DNA of 32,000 bases from an uncultured Erysipelotrichaceae bacterium (GTDB taxonomy: Bacteria; Bacillota_I; Bacilli_A; Erysipelotrichales; Erysipelotrichaceae): the NCBI GenBank assembly GCA_942493105.1, contig OW818668.1:810001-842000 (forward strand), in the 5' to 3' direction. Within the stretch, counting starts at the first letter, position 1; the number at the start of each line of letters is the position of its first letter. The notes beneath the pieces are model-generated. The model had not been told where the DNA came from and searched no databases. It was given only the letters and a program-made list of their open reading frames with translations. Both the position numbers and the translations under genes were made by a program. Below are positions 8,866-17,170 of this stretch, piece by piece.

Positions 8866-8895
8866 ATGATACATGCTGGATAAGTAGCTTGTCAA
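8866..8895 (-). promoter_or_regulatory. sigma-A type promoter of the T-box/tpl transcript
   Basis: On the minus strand: TTGACA (8895-8890), 18-nt spacer, TATCAT (8871-8866). Confidence 0.6.
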
Positions 8896-9521
8896 GATAA
8901 AATATGATTAAATTATCCTTTACTAAAAACTAACTGATTCAGGTAATTCTTGAATTAAAAACATTTTTATAGAAATTCACCTTGTTTATGGATTTCTCTT
9001 GAATGTTTATGAAATCAGCATCATTCAGTTTCAGTAAATATATAATTACTCGTGGTTAGGTAAAACAAAGGTTTAGTAGTAGATGATTAACTCAAGTATT
9101 AGTTCCAAAAGAACAATTTAGATGGTGAGTAACACATAGTAAAAGCATTCATAACCACTTAGATTAACGATAACTAAACTTCTTAATTTCACCAAAAAGA
9201 AGTTAGTGGTGCTTTCAACATATTATGAATAATATGAAAATAGTTAGCAGGCAATTTGGTTTAAATAATCCTCACGGAGAATGGCGCAACTCATAAAAAA
9301 TAGTAACCAATGTTGTGTAAATATAAAGAAACTAAAAAAATTAATTCCTAAAGAGTAATCTTTTTAGATTTGCACAAAGTTTGCTATAAATAGCAGATAA
9401 CCCACCTTTATAGCGCTTATTTCTACCATTATTTATAAATTTAGTTTAAGATGTATTTAAATAAAACTTAGAAGTTGATTTAGTAATTAAATTGGATTTA
9501 CTAAAGGGGAAAGGTAGAAAT

Positions 9522-11660
9522 ATGAAAATTTTATACATAGGGGAATGCGATAGTTTTTCGGCACAGTTTATTGATCGCCACGTTAAAGAAGGTAATTCTG
9601 TAAGCATCATTTCGAGACAGGATTTCTCCAAGTTTAACAAACCAAAACTACAGTACAGCTGGTATGATTATTCGGCTGACAATGTTACTGTTGATCGTAT
9701 CTTCAGCAACATCAAACCTCAACAAGTTGTGTTCGCTGGAAGCTTATTTGGCGATGAAGAGTGGTCTTACGATGCAGACTCTAACCGGTATCTAAGTGAA
9801 CTCTTAAATATTCTAAACTTGTCTAAAAAATATGCTGTTGATAAGTTTATTTTCCTGTCTTCAACAGAGGTCTATAAAGCATATAAGGATGGACCGATCG
9901 GTGAAGAAGGTGATTATGGTCCTTCGACTTATAAAGGCATCCTGACCACTCAAGGCGAGATCCTAGTCAAAGAAGTTGGTGCTTTATCTACTCTGAATAC
10001 GCTTATTCTGCGCTTCAGTGATCTCTATGGATATAAACTTGAAGAGGAAAGAAATGACTTCTTGAGCAGTCTATACCATCAGCTGCAAAAACTGGACGAA
10101 CTTCATCTCAATAAAGACCATAACCTGAGTCCTTTACACATCAATGATGCGGTAGAAGCAGTATACCGCTGTGAAGGCAATACACCTTCTAAGATCTATA
10201 ATGTGGCTGGTAATCGCCAAGTCAATGCTTTGGCTGTGGCTGTTACACTCAAACAGAAGCTCAATAAGGCAAGCTCATTGGTCGCTGTGCAAGGCAATGC
10301 CCATAATAATGAGATCGACTCCAAATTGATCAAGACTGAACAGGAGTGGGGAGAGTTTTATTCCTTTGATGAATTCTTGGCTAACCTGACGATCACTTCA
10401 CCAGTTTCCAATGAAACTGTTCTCGAGAAACCTAAAAAAGAAAAATCAAATCCGGTCGTGCTCCATCTTATCGAGAATGTCGTGTTCTTTGTGTTGATGG
10501 CAACTTTGACAACGTTGTTTAAAGATCACAGTGTCCTAAAGAACGTTGATCTTATGACCATCTATATTGTATCTATTGCTTTATTCTTTGGGATACGGCA
10601 ATCCATCTTATCGATCATTTTAACCTTTGCTTTCTACCTGTATGGACTGCAATTTGATTTCGGTAACTTCATCAACATCGTACTTAATGCGGATACCTTC
10701 CTAAAATTGGCACAGTATATCTTTATGGGGGTCGTAGTTGGTTATACTGTGGATCAGTTTAAAACCAACCAGGCTCAATTGACTATTGAAAAAGAATATC
10801 TTGAGAACGAATACGAAGAGCTAAAAGAAATCAACGACGCCAATGTCATGATCAAACATCAATATGAAAAGCGTTTGATCAGTTACAAGACCAGTTTACC
10901 TCGTTTGTATGCGATCACCAATCAGCTGGATTCTTTGGATCCTGAGATCCTTTTCTCTTCGATCATCAAAGTTTTGGTGGATGTTTTGGAAACCGATTCC
11001 GTATCGGTCTACTCCTATGACAGCCGTAATGGTTATGCTCGTCTGATCGGTGCTAAAAATGAAGAGTCTGTATTCATGGGCAAATCCTTTAAGCTTTCCG
11101 ATCACAAGGAATTGGAACACAAACTATTTGATAATGACATCTTCATTGGCAATCAGTGGGCAGATGGATCACCAGCCATGGCTGGTCCAATCTTCTTCAA
11201 AGGCAACATCATTGCCATCATTCTGATCAAGTCCATGACTTTTGAATCATTAAACCTATACCAAGTTAACCTCTTGAGAACACTGACTTCTTTGATTTCC
11301 TCTTCCTTCATTCGTGCCTATCAGTATGAAGAGAAGGTCCACAACGAAAAGTATTTGACCAACACAGAAGTCCTGGTCACCTCAGAATTCAAACGATTGA
11401 TTGAGTTAAAGCGCAATGACAGTGATCAGGCTTTTGCAGACTACACATTATTGAGATTGATCCATACGGAAGATCCAACGACCTACTACTTTAAAATCAT
11501 GAATTATTTCAGATCGACCGATTATTTCGGAATCGACAGCCAAAACCGCATTCATGTCTTGTTGAGAAATACCGCAGCTCAAGATGTAGCGTTTGTGGCC
11601 GCTCGTTTGAAAGACAAAGAGATTCATTTTGAACTCGTAGATATGAATTCGTTGAAGTAA
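9522..11660 (+). CDS. pelD: PelD-like c-di-GMP receptor candidate with an N-terminal degenerate SDR/epimerase-like domain
   Basis: Start re-picked to ATG 9522 (MKILYIG) after AAAGGGGAAAGG. Residues 1 to about 290 are SDR-like (LSSTEVY, YKG..). The GxxGxxG is degraded to GECDSFS, and YxxxK to YKGIL. About four TM helices follow (VVLHLIENVVFFVLMATL ... YIFMGVVVGYTV), then a coiled coil and a GAF-like region. The C-terminus is a truncated GGDEF-like fold with RSTD (11511-11522) in the I-site position and no GGDEF motif. It is the first gene of a pelDEAFG-ordered operon. Confidence 0.7.
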   Translation: MKILYIGECDSFSAQFIDRHVKEGNSVSIISRQDFSKFNKPKLQYSWYDYSADNVTVDRIFSNIKPQQVVFAGSLFGDEEWSYDADSNRYLSELLNILNLSKKYAVDKFIFLSSTEVYKAYKDGPIGEEGDYGPSTYKGILTTQGEILVKEVGALSTLNTLILRFSDLYGYKLEEERNDFLSSLYHQLQKLDELHLNKDHNLSPLHINDAVEAVYRCEGNTPSKIYNVAGNRQVNALAVAVTLKQKLNKASSLVAVQGNAHNNEIDSKLIKTEQEWGEFYSFDEFLANLTITSPVSNETVLEKPKKEKSNPVVLHLIENVVFFVLMATLTTLFKDHSVLKNVDLMTIYIVSIALFFGIRQSILSIILTFAFYLYGLQFDFGNFINIVLNADTFLKLAQYIFMGVVVGYTVDQFKTNQAQLTIEKEYLENEYEELKEINDANVMIKHQYEKRLISYKTSLPRLYAITNQLDSLDPEILFSSIIKVLVDVLETDSVSVYSYDSRNGYARLIGAKNEESVFMGKSFKLSDHKELEHKLFDNDIFIGNQWADGSPAMAGPIFFKGNIIAIILIKSMTFESLNLYQVNLLRTLTSLISSSFIRAYQYEEKVHNEKYLTNTEVLVTSEFKRLIELKRNDSDQAFADYTLLRLIHTEDPTTYYFKIMNYFRSTDYFGIDSQNRIHVLLRNTAAQDVAFVAARLKDKEIHFELVDMNSLK

Positions 11661-11674
11661 AGGAGGACGAAACC

Positions 11675-12559
11675 ATGCCAGTATGGATTCTATTGATATT
11701 AAATACCCTGTGTTCAGTCCTGTTTTTCTTTACTGTGAAAGACAAACAAGAACGTATCTTCACTTTGTTCTTTCTGATCTTGCCGATATTTGGATTCATT
11801 TTCTATTTCATTCCGAAACTATCTTTCCAATTGACCAAGAAACACAACTTATATGATGCCTCCAATGTAAAACTTAAGATCAGTGAAGAAACTTTCTCGC
11901 AAAAACCAAATGTCCCTGAAGAAATGAACATCGTCTCATTCGATGAGATCATGCAGGTAGGACTCAAAGAAGAAAAAAGAGCCTTACTTTTAAACGTTTT
12001 GAAAGATGATTTGGTTGATAATGCATCGTTTATCCGTTCGGCGATGGGAGACTCTGATTCTGAAACTACCCACTATGCAGCTTCCGCAACCATGCAGATT
12101 TATACCAAACTCAGATCTGCAATTCAAGCCTTGGAAACACAACAGCAGCTTGATCCTGAGAATCCGAAAGTGATGCTCAATTTACTATCTGCAATCAGTG
12201 ATTACATTTTAAGTGGTGTCCTTACCAAAAGGGACAGTGATTTCTACTGTAACAAATACTTCAGAGCATTCAATACTCTAAAGAAATTTGAACCAGGTTT
12301 GCTGACTTGTGATGCGTATTTGAAACAAGCTGATTTTCTGTATTCAAATTTCGAGGTTCACAAAAGCATTGAAACAGCCATCGAAGCCAGAAACCATTTT
12401 GATGTAGAAGAAGCCCATCTCAAACTTTTGGAACTGTACTATAAGACGGGCAATCAACATCAATTCAATGAAGCGTTTGAAACTTTCAAACGTTCTAATC
12501 TGACTGTATCCAACAAGGGACTAGAACTGATTCGGTTTTGGAGCAAGAGGACTGCTTAA
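11675..12559 (+). CDS. pelE: PelE-like inner-membrane protein (two TM helices plus a helical-repeat domain)
   Basis: RBS AAGGAGGA. Two N-terminal TM helices (VWILLILNTLCSVLFFFTV; IFTLFFLILPIFGFIFYFIP), then about 220 aa of helical/TPL-unrelated TPR-like sequence. The assignment rests on architecture and its slot between pelD and pelA. Confidence 0.6.
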   Translation: MPVWILLILNTLCSVLFFFTVKDKQERIFTLFFLILPIFGFIFYFIPKLSFQLTKKHNLYDASNVKLKISEETFSQKPNVPEEMNIVSFDEIMQVGLKEEKRALLLNVLKDDLVDNASFIRSAMGDSDSETTHYAASATMQIYTKLRSAIQALETQQQLDPENPKVMLNLLSAISDYILSGVLTKRDSDFYCNKYFRAFNTLKKFEPGLLTCDAYLKQADFLYSNFEVHKSIETAIEARNHFDVEEAHLKLLELYYKTGNQHQFNEAFETFKRSNLTVSNKGLELIRFWSKRTA

Positions 12560-14277
12560 TGTTTTCTCGTAAACGCTTAGCTTACATCTTAACGATCACC
12601 ATTATTTTTGGCGGACTCTTTTTTTTATTCAACTTGGACTATGATTTTCTAAGATCACAGTCGATCAATGAAGCCGATAAGATTGTCCCTTCTCAAAAGG
12701 TAAGTGCGATACTTAATGGTGATGCTGATGATGGTTTCATCGTCATTGGAGAACCACTTAACGAAACTGAGGAGTTGATCAAAACCAACGTGATCAAAGC
12801 TTTGACGCAGATCAAAAGCGAGATCACAATCGTAACTCATCTCTCACAAGCGGATCTCAGTAAGCATTCGATCTTGATTTTTGTTGTTTCGGATGTTAGC
12901 CAAGCAGGCGGTCTTGAAGAAATTGCAGGTTATGTGACCAAAGGAGGCAAAGCCATATTTGCTGCTGGTATCCCTTTCGAAACAGATTGGCGTTATCTGG
13001 ATCCTTTGTGGGGTATCCTTGAACGTGGTACTTTCAGGACAGTCAAAGACATCACCTTTAACCAAGACTATTTCCCTTACGATAAAATCACAGTCAAAGA
13101 TGGGTATCCGACTTATTCTACAAGCTTAAGATTAAGCGAAACTTGTGAAGTATTGCTTCAAGGCGAAAATGACATCCCCTTAGTGTGGTCTCATTCGTTT
13201 GAATCTGGGAGGATCACCATGATCAATGGAACCTTTATGGAAAGTAAACTCTCCTTAGGGGTCTTGATTGCATCCATCAACAGTACCAAACAAACTTCAC
13301 TTTACCCGATCTTGGCAACGAAAACCATCTTTCTGGATGCGATTCCACCTTTATTTGACGGTAATGATGATCATTCATTTGAGTATTATGGAAGAAGCGC
13401 AGAATCTTTTGTAAGAGACAAGTTATGGGGAGTTCTGCTTCAAAAGGCCAGCATCTTGGATCTGAGATTGACATCGAGTTTTATGGCCATTGATAAGCAA
13501 CCTTTTGATAGCCAAAATGCCAATCAACAAACATTTTCCTACATCAATCGGGAAATCATCCGCAATAAAGGCGAGATCACTTTATCTGGTAATCATGTTG
13601 AATTGAATGATTTGAAGCAAACGCGTATTGAACAAACCGAATCCTTCTTCAGTGAATTCTTCCCAAATTACAATATTCATGCATATTATCCTTTGTACGG
13701 TAAGATCAATCAGCAGCAAATCAATTTAATAAAAACAGTTTATCCTGCCATCGACATTCTTCGCTTGCTTTATGATAGCGATCAGATTACCCAATCCAGC
13801 GGTGATTATCAGGTCACTGATGGACTTGTGATCTATCCAACCACGACTTACGGGTATAAAGCTGAAGGATTACAACTGTATACGTTTATTTCCGTACTGA
13901 CATCGCATGGAGCGGTTTCACACAGCTTTGATATCAACTCTTTGTTTACTGTACCATCGAGTGAAAGTAACTGGAATACTCTGAATAAAAGCTTCGACAC
14001 CTTAAGCGAGATTTATTTCCAAAAAACACCCTGGTTGGATTCATTGACGATTTCACCAGCGGCTGAAAAAGTGAAGGACTTAGATACTCTAAGCATCCAA
14101 ACCAAAACCGAAGCTAATCAAATCACTGTGGCTTGTACAGACATGGCTGTTGGACAGAAATTCATGTTTTATACCACCAAAACGATCCTCAGTGCCATCG
14201 GCGCTAAAGTAGAACGAATCAATTCTCGATATTATATCATTGAAGCATCATCCGCATCGTTTGTATTAATGTATTGA
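12559..14277 (+). CDS. pelA: PelA-like protein, deacetylase-only type (PelA_DA candidate), extracytoplasmic
   Basis: Start re-picked: TAATG stop/start overlap with pelE (12557-12561), with RBS AAGAGGA (12545-12551). Signal anchor LAYILTITIIFGGLFFLF, then about 540 aa outside. The call rests mainly on synteny with Gram-positive pelDEA(DA)FG. I could not verify a CE4-type metal triad by eye. Confidence 0.55.
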   Translation: MFSRKRLAYILTITIIFGGLFFLFNLDYDFLRSQSINEADKIVPSQKVSAILNGDADDGFIVIGEPLNETEELIKTNVIKALTQIKSEITIVTHLSQADLSKHSILIFVVSDVSQAGGLEEIAGYVTKGGKAIFAAGIPFETDWRYLDPLWGILERGTFRTVKDITFNQDYFPYDKITVKDGYPTYSTSLRLSETCEVLLQGENDIPLVWSHSFESGRITMINGTFMESKLSLGVLIASINSTKQTSLYPILATKTIFLDAIPPLFDGNDDHSFEYYGRSAESFVRDKLWGVLLQKASILDLRLTSSFMAIDKQPFDSQNANQQTFSYINREIIRNKGEITLSGNHVELNDLKQTRIEQTESFFSEFFPNYNIHAYYPLYGKINQQQINLIKTVYPAIDILRLLYDSDQITQSSGDYQVTDGLVIYPTTTYGYKAEGLQLYTFISVLTSHGAVSHSFDINSLFTVPSSESNWNTLNKSFDTLSEIYFQKTPWLDSLTISPAAEKVKDLDTLSIQTKTEANQITVACTDMAVGQKFMFYTTKTILSAIGAKVERINSRYYIIEASSASFVLMY

Positions 14278-14310
14278 GCTGAATAAACCAAAGGAAGAAG
14301 GGGGCTAATT

Positions 14311-15759
14311 ATGAAAGTATGTATCATCTCTGAAGGAAGTTATCCATATGTTGCTGGTGGTGTATCCAGCTGGGTACAAATGCTTCTGGACCATTTCAGT
14401 GACATCGAATTTGTAATCTGGTCGATCGCAACCAGTCGTGAAGAAATGAGCGAGATGAAATACACCTTGCCTGCAAACGTCAAGGAAGTTAGAACCATCT
14501 ATCTTAATGATGTCAAATTCAAGACGATCCATTCCAATATCAAATTATCAAAAGATGAGCACGAAGCCTTAAAATCATTGATTATGGAGAATGATCATGA
14601 AGACATCCAATGGAAACCAATCTTAGATCTCATCAAGAATCATAAAGGCAACCTGATCGATGTACTGATGAGTCATGATTTCTTTGATATCGCTGTTGAT
14701 CTGTATAACACGGATTTCTCTAGAACTGTATTCAATGATTTCCTGTGGAATCTAAGATCGATGTTTTATCCTTTACTGTCAACCTTGGTCGATGAATTTC
14801 CCCAAGCAGACATCTATCATTCAGCCTCTACTGGTTATGCTGGTCTTTTGGGCAGTATTGCCAGTTATATCAATAAGAAACCTTTGATCATCACTGAACA
14901 TGGAATCTATACCCGTGAACGTGAGGAAGAAATCATCAAATCCGATTGGGTCATTGGTGATTTCAAACGGAATTGGATCAACTTCTTCTATCGGATATCT
15001 TCAATCTGTTATCATCAAGCTACCAAAGTCGTTTCCTTATTTGAAACCAACCGTGCTTTACAGATTGAAATGGGTTGTCCTGATGATAAAACGATGATCA
15101 TTCCTAATGGGGTAGACGTCAAACACTATTCTTCCCATCTTTATGATATCGATCAAAAAGCAGATATGAAAGTCTTGAGAACCAATTCAAATAAGATACG
15201 GATTGGTGCTACTGTCCGTATGGTTCCCATCAAAGACATCAAGACCATGATCCTAGCTTTTGAAGCTGCATTACAGCGTGTTAGTAATCTTGAACTGGTA
15301 ATTTTAGGCCCTACTGAAGAAGATGTTGAATATCATCAAGAAGTTATGTCTCTGATCGATGATTTTAAACTAAAGAATGTATCGATCATGGGTCGTGTCA
15401 ACGTCAAGAACTACTTGCCTACGTTTGACATCATGTTGCTGACCAGCATCAGTGAAGGACAACCTTTGGCTGTACTGGAAGGCATGGCAGCAGGTATACC
15501 GCAGATTTGTACCAATGTCGGTGGTTGCAAGGAGTTGTTGTATGGAATGAGCGATGACGAACTTGGACACTGTGGAATCATTGTACCTGTCATGGATATC
15601 GAAAAGATTGCCTCAGCTATCGAAGTGTTGGCACTTGACGAAACCCTAAGAGCTCAAATGGGTAAGATTGGTCATGAACGTGTTAAGGCAACCTATCAGA
15701 AAAAAGACTTCCTGGATCATTATGAAGCCTTATATAAATCGACTTTAGGTCAGCAGTAA
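14311..15759 (+). CDS. pelF: PelF, GT4-family glycosyltransferase
   Basis: The N-terminus MKVCIISEGSYPYVAGGVSSWVQMLL matches the PelF signature (EG.YPYV.GGVSSWV). The C-terminal GT-B motif is SISEGQPLAVLEGMAAGIP. RBS GGAAGAAGGGGG. Confidence 0.9.
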   Translation: MKVCIISEGSYPYVAGGVSSWVQMLLDHFSDIEFVIWSIATSREEMSEMKYTLPANVKEVRTIYLNDVKFKTIHSNIKLSKDEHEALKSLIMENDHEDIQWKPILDLIKNHKGNLIDVLMSHDFFDIAVDLYNTDFSRTVFNDFLWNLRSMFYPLLSTLVDEFPQADIYHSASTGYAGLLGSIASYINKKPLIITEHGIYTREREEEIIKSDWVIGDFKRNWINFFYRISSICYHQATKVVSLFETNRALQIEMGCPDDKTMIIPNGVDVKHYSSHLYDIDQKADMKVLRTNSNKIRIGATVRMVPIKDIKTMILAFEAALQRVSNLELVILGPTEEDVEYHQEVMSLIDDFKLKNVSIMGRVNVKNYLPTFDIMLLTSISEGQPLAVLEGMAAGIPQICTNVGGCKELLYGMSDDELGHCGIIVPVMDIEKIASAIEVLALDETLRAQMGKIGHERVKATYQKKDFLDHYEALYKSTLGQQ

Positions 15760-15772
15760 AAGGAGAAACTCT

Positions 15773-17161
15773 ATGGCAGGCATCGGATTTGAACTTAGAA
15801 AAATATTTCGCGGCACTTCGATCAGCAGTAGATTAAAGGGGATTGCCTTTGCGACCATGACAACGATAGGACCTACAATCATCTTCCTAACCATGCTGAT
15901 CAGCATTAATTTAATGTTGACTGCATTGAATGTCAGTGAAGCAGATCAAGTCTTCTTCTCTAGTGCTACCTTGTATCTCTTTCTGTTCAGTATCATCATA
16001 ACTGGAACGACCGGAACGACGATCACCAGATATATCTCTGATAGGATCCATGAGAATGAAGAAGACTATATCCCTTCAGCAATGTTTGGAACATCGATCC
16101 TAATCAGCGGACTGACAGCACTCTTCGCAACGATCATCGTAGTCTTGTTGTATAAGGATGGCATTACCGATTTGGTTTTGCTTGCTTCATTGTATGTTTT
16201 GTCTATCGTGGTCAGTATCACCTATAACTTGATGTTTTTTATCTCAGCCTTGAAAGAATATTTAAAGATCACAGCCGCTTTCTTCTTTGGTTTTTTATCC
16301 GGCGCTCTGACTTTCTATTTGCTCTATCAGTTTACTCAGATCAATATATTGATTTCAATCTTGATGGGTATGATTGTCCTGTTTTCAATCATCAATCTGC
16401 TACTGATTTATCTGATCCTGACATACTTTAATCATTCCAATCGAGATTATTTTAGATTCCTAACTTATTTCAAAAAACACCCTTATCTTTTTCTCAGTGG
16501 TTTTTTCTATATCACAAGCTTATATATCCCAAATATCCTATATTGGATGTATTCAGATATCGCGATCCAGGTTTCAATTTTCAGGGTGGCTCCATCGTAT
16601 GATATGGCACTCTTCTTAGCGATTCTGGTCAATTTATCAACTCCGGTCATATTTGTTGTCAAAGTCGAAACTAAATTCTTTGAAAAGTATCAGAAATATG
16701 TTGGAAGTTTGATCAACGGGACCTATGGTATCATAGAGAAGTATCGTAAGATCATGTTAAAAACCATGGATATCGAACTCTTCTATATTTATGAAGTTCA
16801 ACTGATCATCACCATAATTCTGACCTGTGCCGGCATTTTGCTTCTTCCAATGTTGGGTTTTGGTGGGATGATCCTGAACTATTTCCTCTTGTTGTCGATT
16901 GGCGTATACTGTACATATCTAATGTATTTCACAGTAGTATTCCTGTATTATTTTGATGATCAGTTTGGTAGTTTTATCACGACGCTGACCTTCTTCGTCA
17001 CCACTGTATTTGCCAGTATTGCTGCACTTCAGTTGGGTGTCTCTTATTATCCTGTAGCCCTATTTATTGGTGGGATTGTTTCCTGGGTTGTCGGCTTCTT
17101 TAGACTGAGGACCTTCATGGGAACCATCAACGCAAGACTGTATTGTAAAAGTGCAGAGTAA
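15773..17161 (+). CDS. pelG: PelG, polytopic exopolysaccharide export/polymerisation membrane protein
   Basis: The N-terminus MAGIGFELRKIF is the characteristic PelG start. About 12 TM helices. RBS AAAGGAGAA. Starts 13 nt after the pelF stop. Confidence 0.9.
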   Translation: MAGIGFELRKIFRGTSISSRLKGIAFATMTTIGPTIIFLTMLISINLMLTALNVSEADQVFFSSATLYLFLFSIIITGTTGTTITRYISDRIHENEEDYIPSAMFGTSILISGLTALFATIIVVLLYKDGITDLVLLASLYVLSIVVSITYNLMFFISALKEYLKITAAFFFGFLSGALTFYLLYQFTQINILISILMGMIVLFSIINLLLIYLILTYFNHSNRDYFRFLTYFKKHPYLFLSGFFYITSLYIPNILYWMYSDIAIQVSIFRVAPSYDMALFLAILVNLSTPVIFVVKVETKFFEKYQKYVGSLINGTYGIIEKYRKIMLKTMDIELFYIYEVQLIITIILTCAGILLLPMLGFGGMILNYFLLLSIGVYCTYLMYFTVVFLYYFDDQFGSFITTLTFFVTTVFASIAALQLGVSYYPVALFIGGIVSWVVGFFRLRTFMGTINARLYCKSAE

Positions 17162-17170
17162 AGGAAACTC

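Noticed and set aside
9059-9071. An identical 13-mer, GGTAAAACAAAGG, at 9059-9071 and 31231-31243.
   Set aside because: A handful of 13-mer coincidences is expected by chance in 32 kb of AT-rich sequence. The flanks do not extend the match.
9225-9296. A 23-codon sORF (MNNMKIVSRQFGLNNPHGEWRNS) and a c-di-GMP-riboswitch-like string (GGCAATTTGG...ACGGAGAATGGCGCAAC, about 9249-9290) in the pel leader.
   Set aside because: The sORF has no RBS. The riboswitch resemblance is limited to GGCAA/GCGCAA fragments. The expected P1/P2 pairings and the tetraloop-receptor elements of GEMM-I, and the GEMM-II core, are absent.
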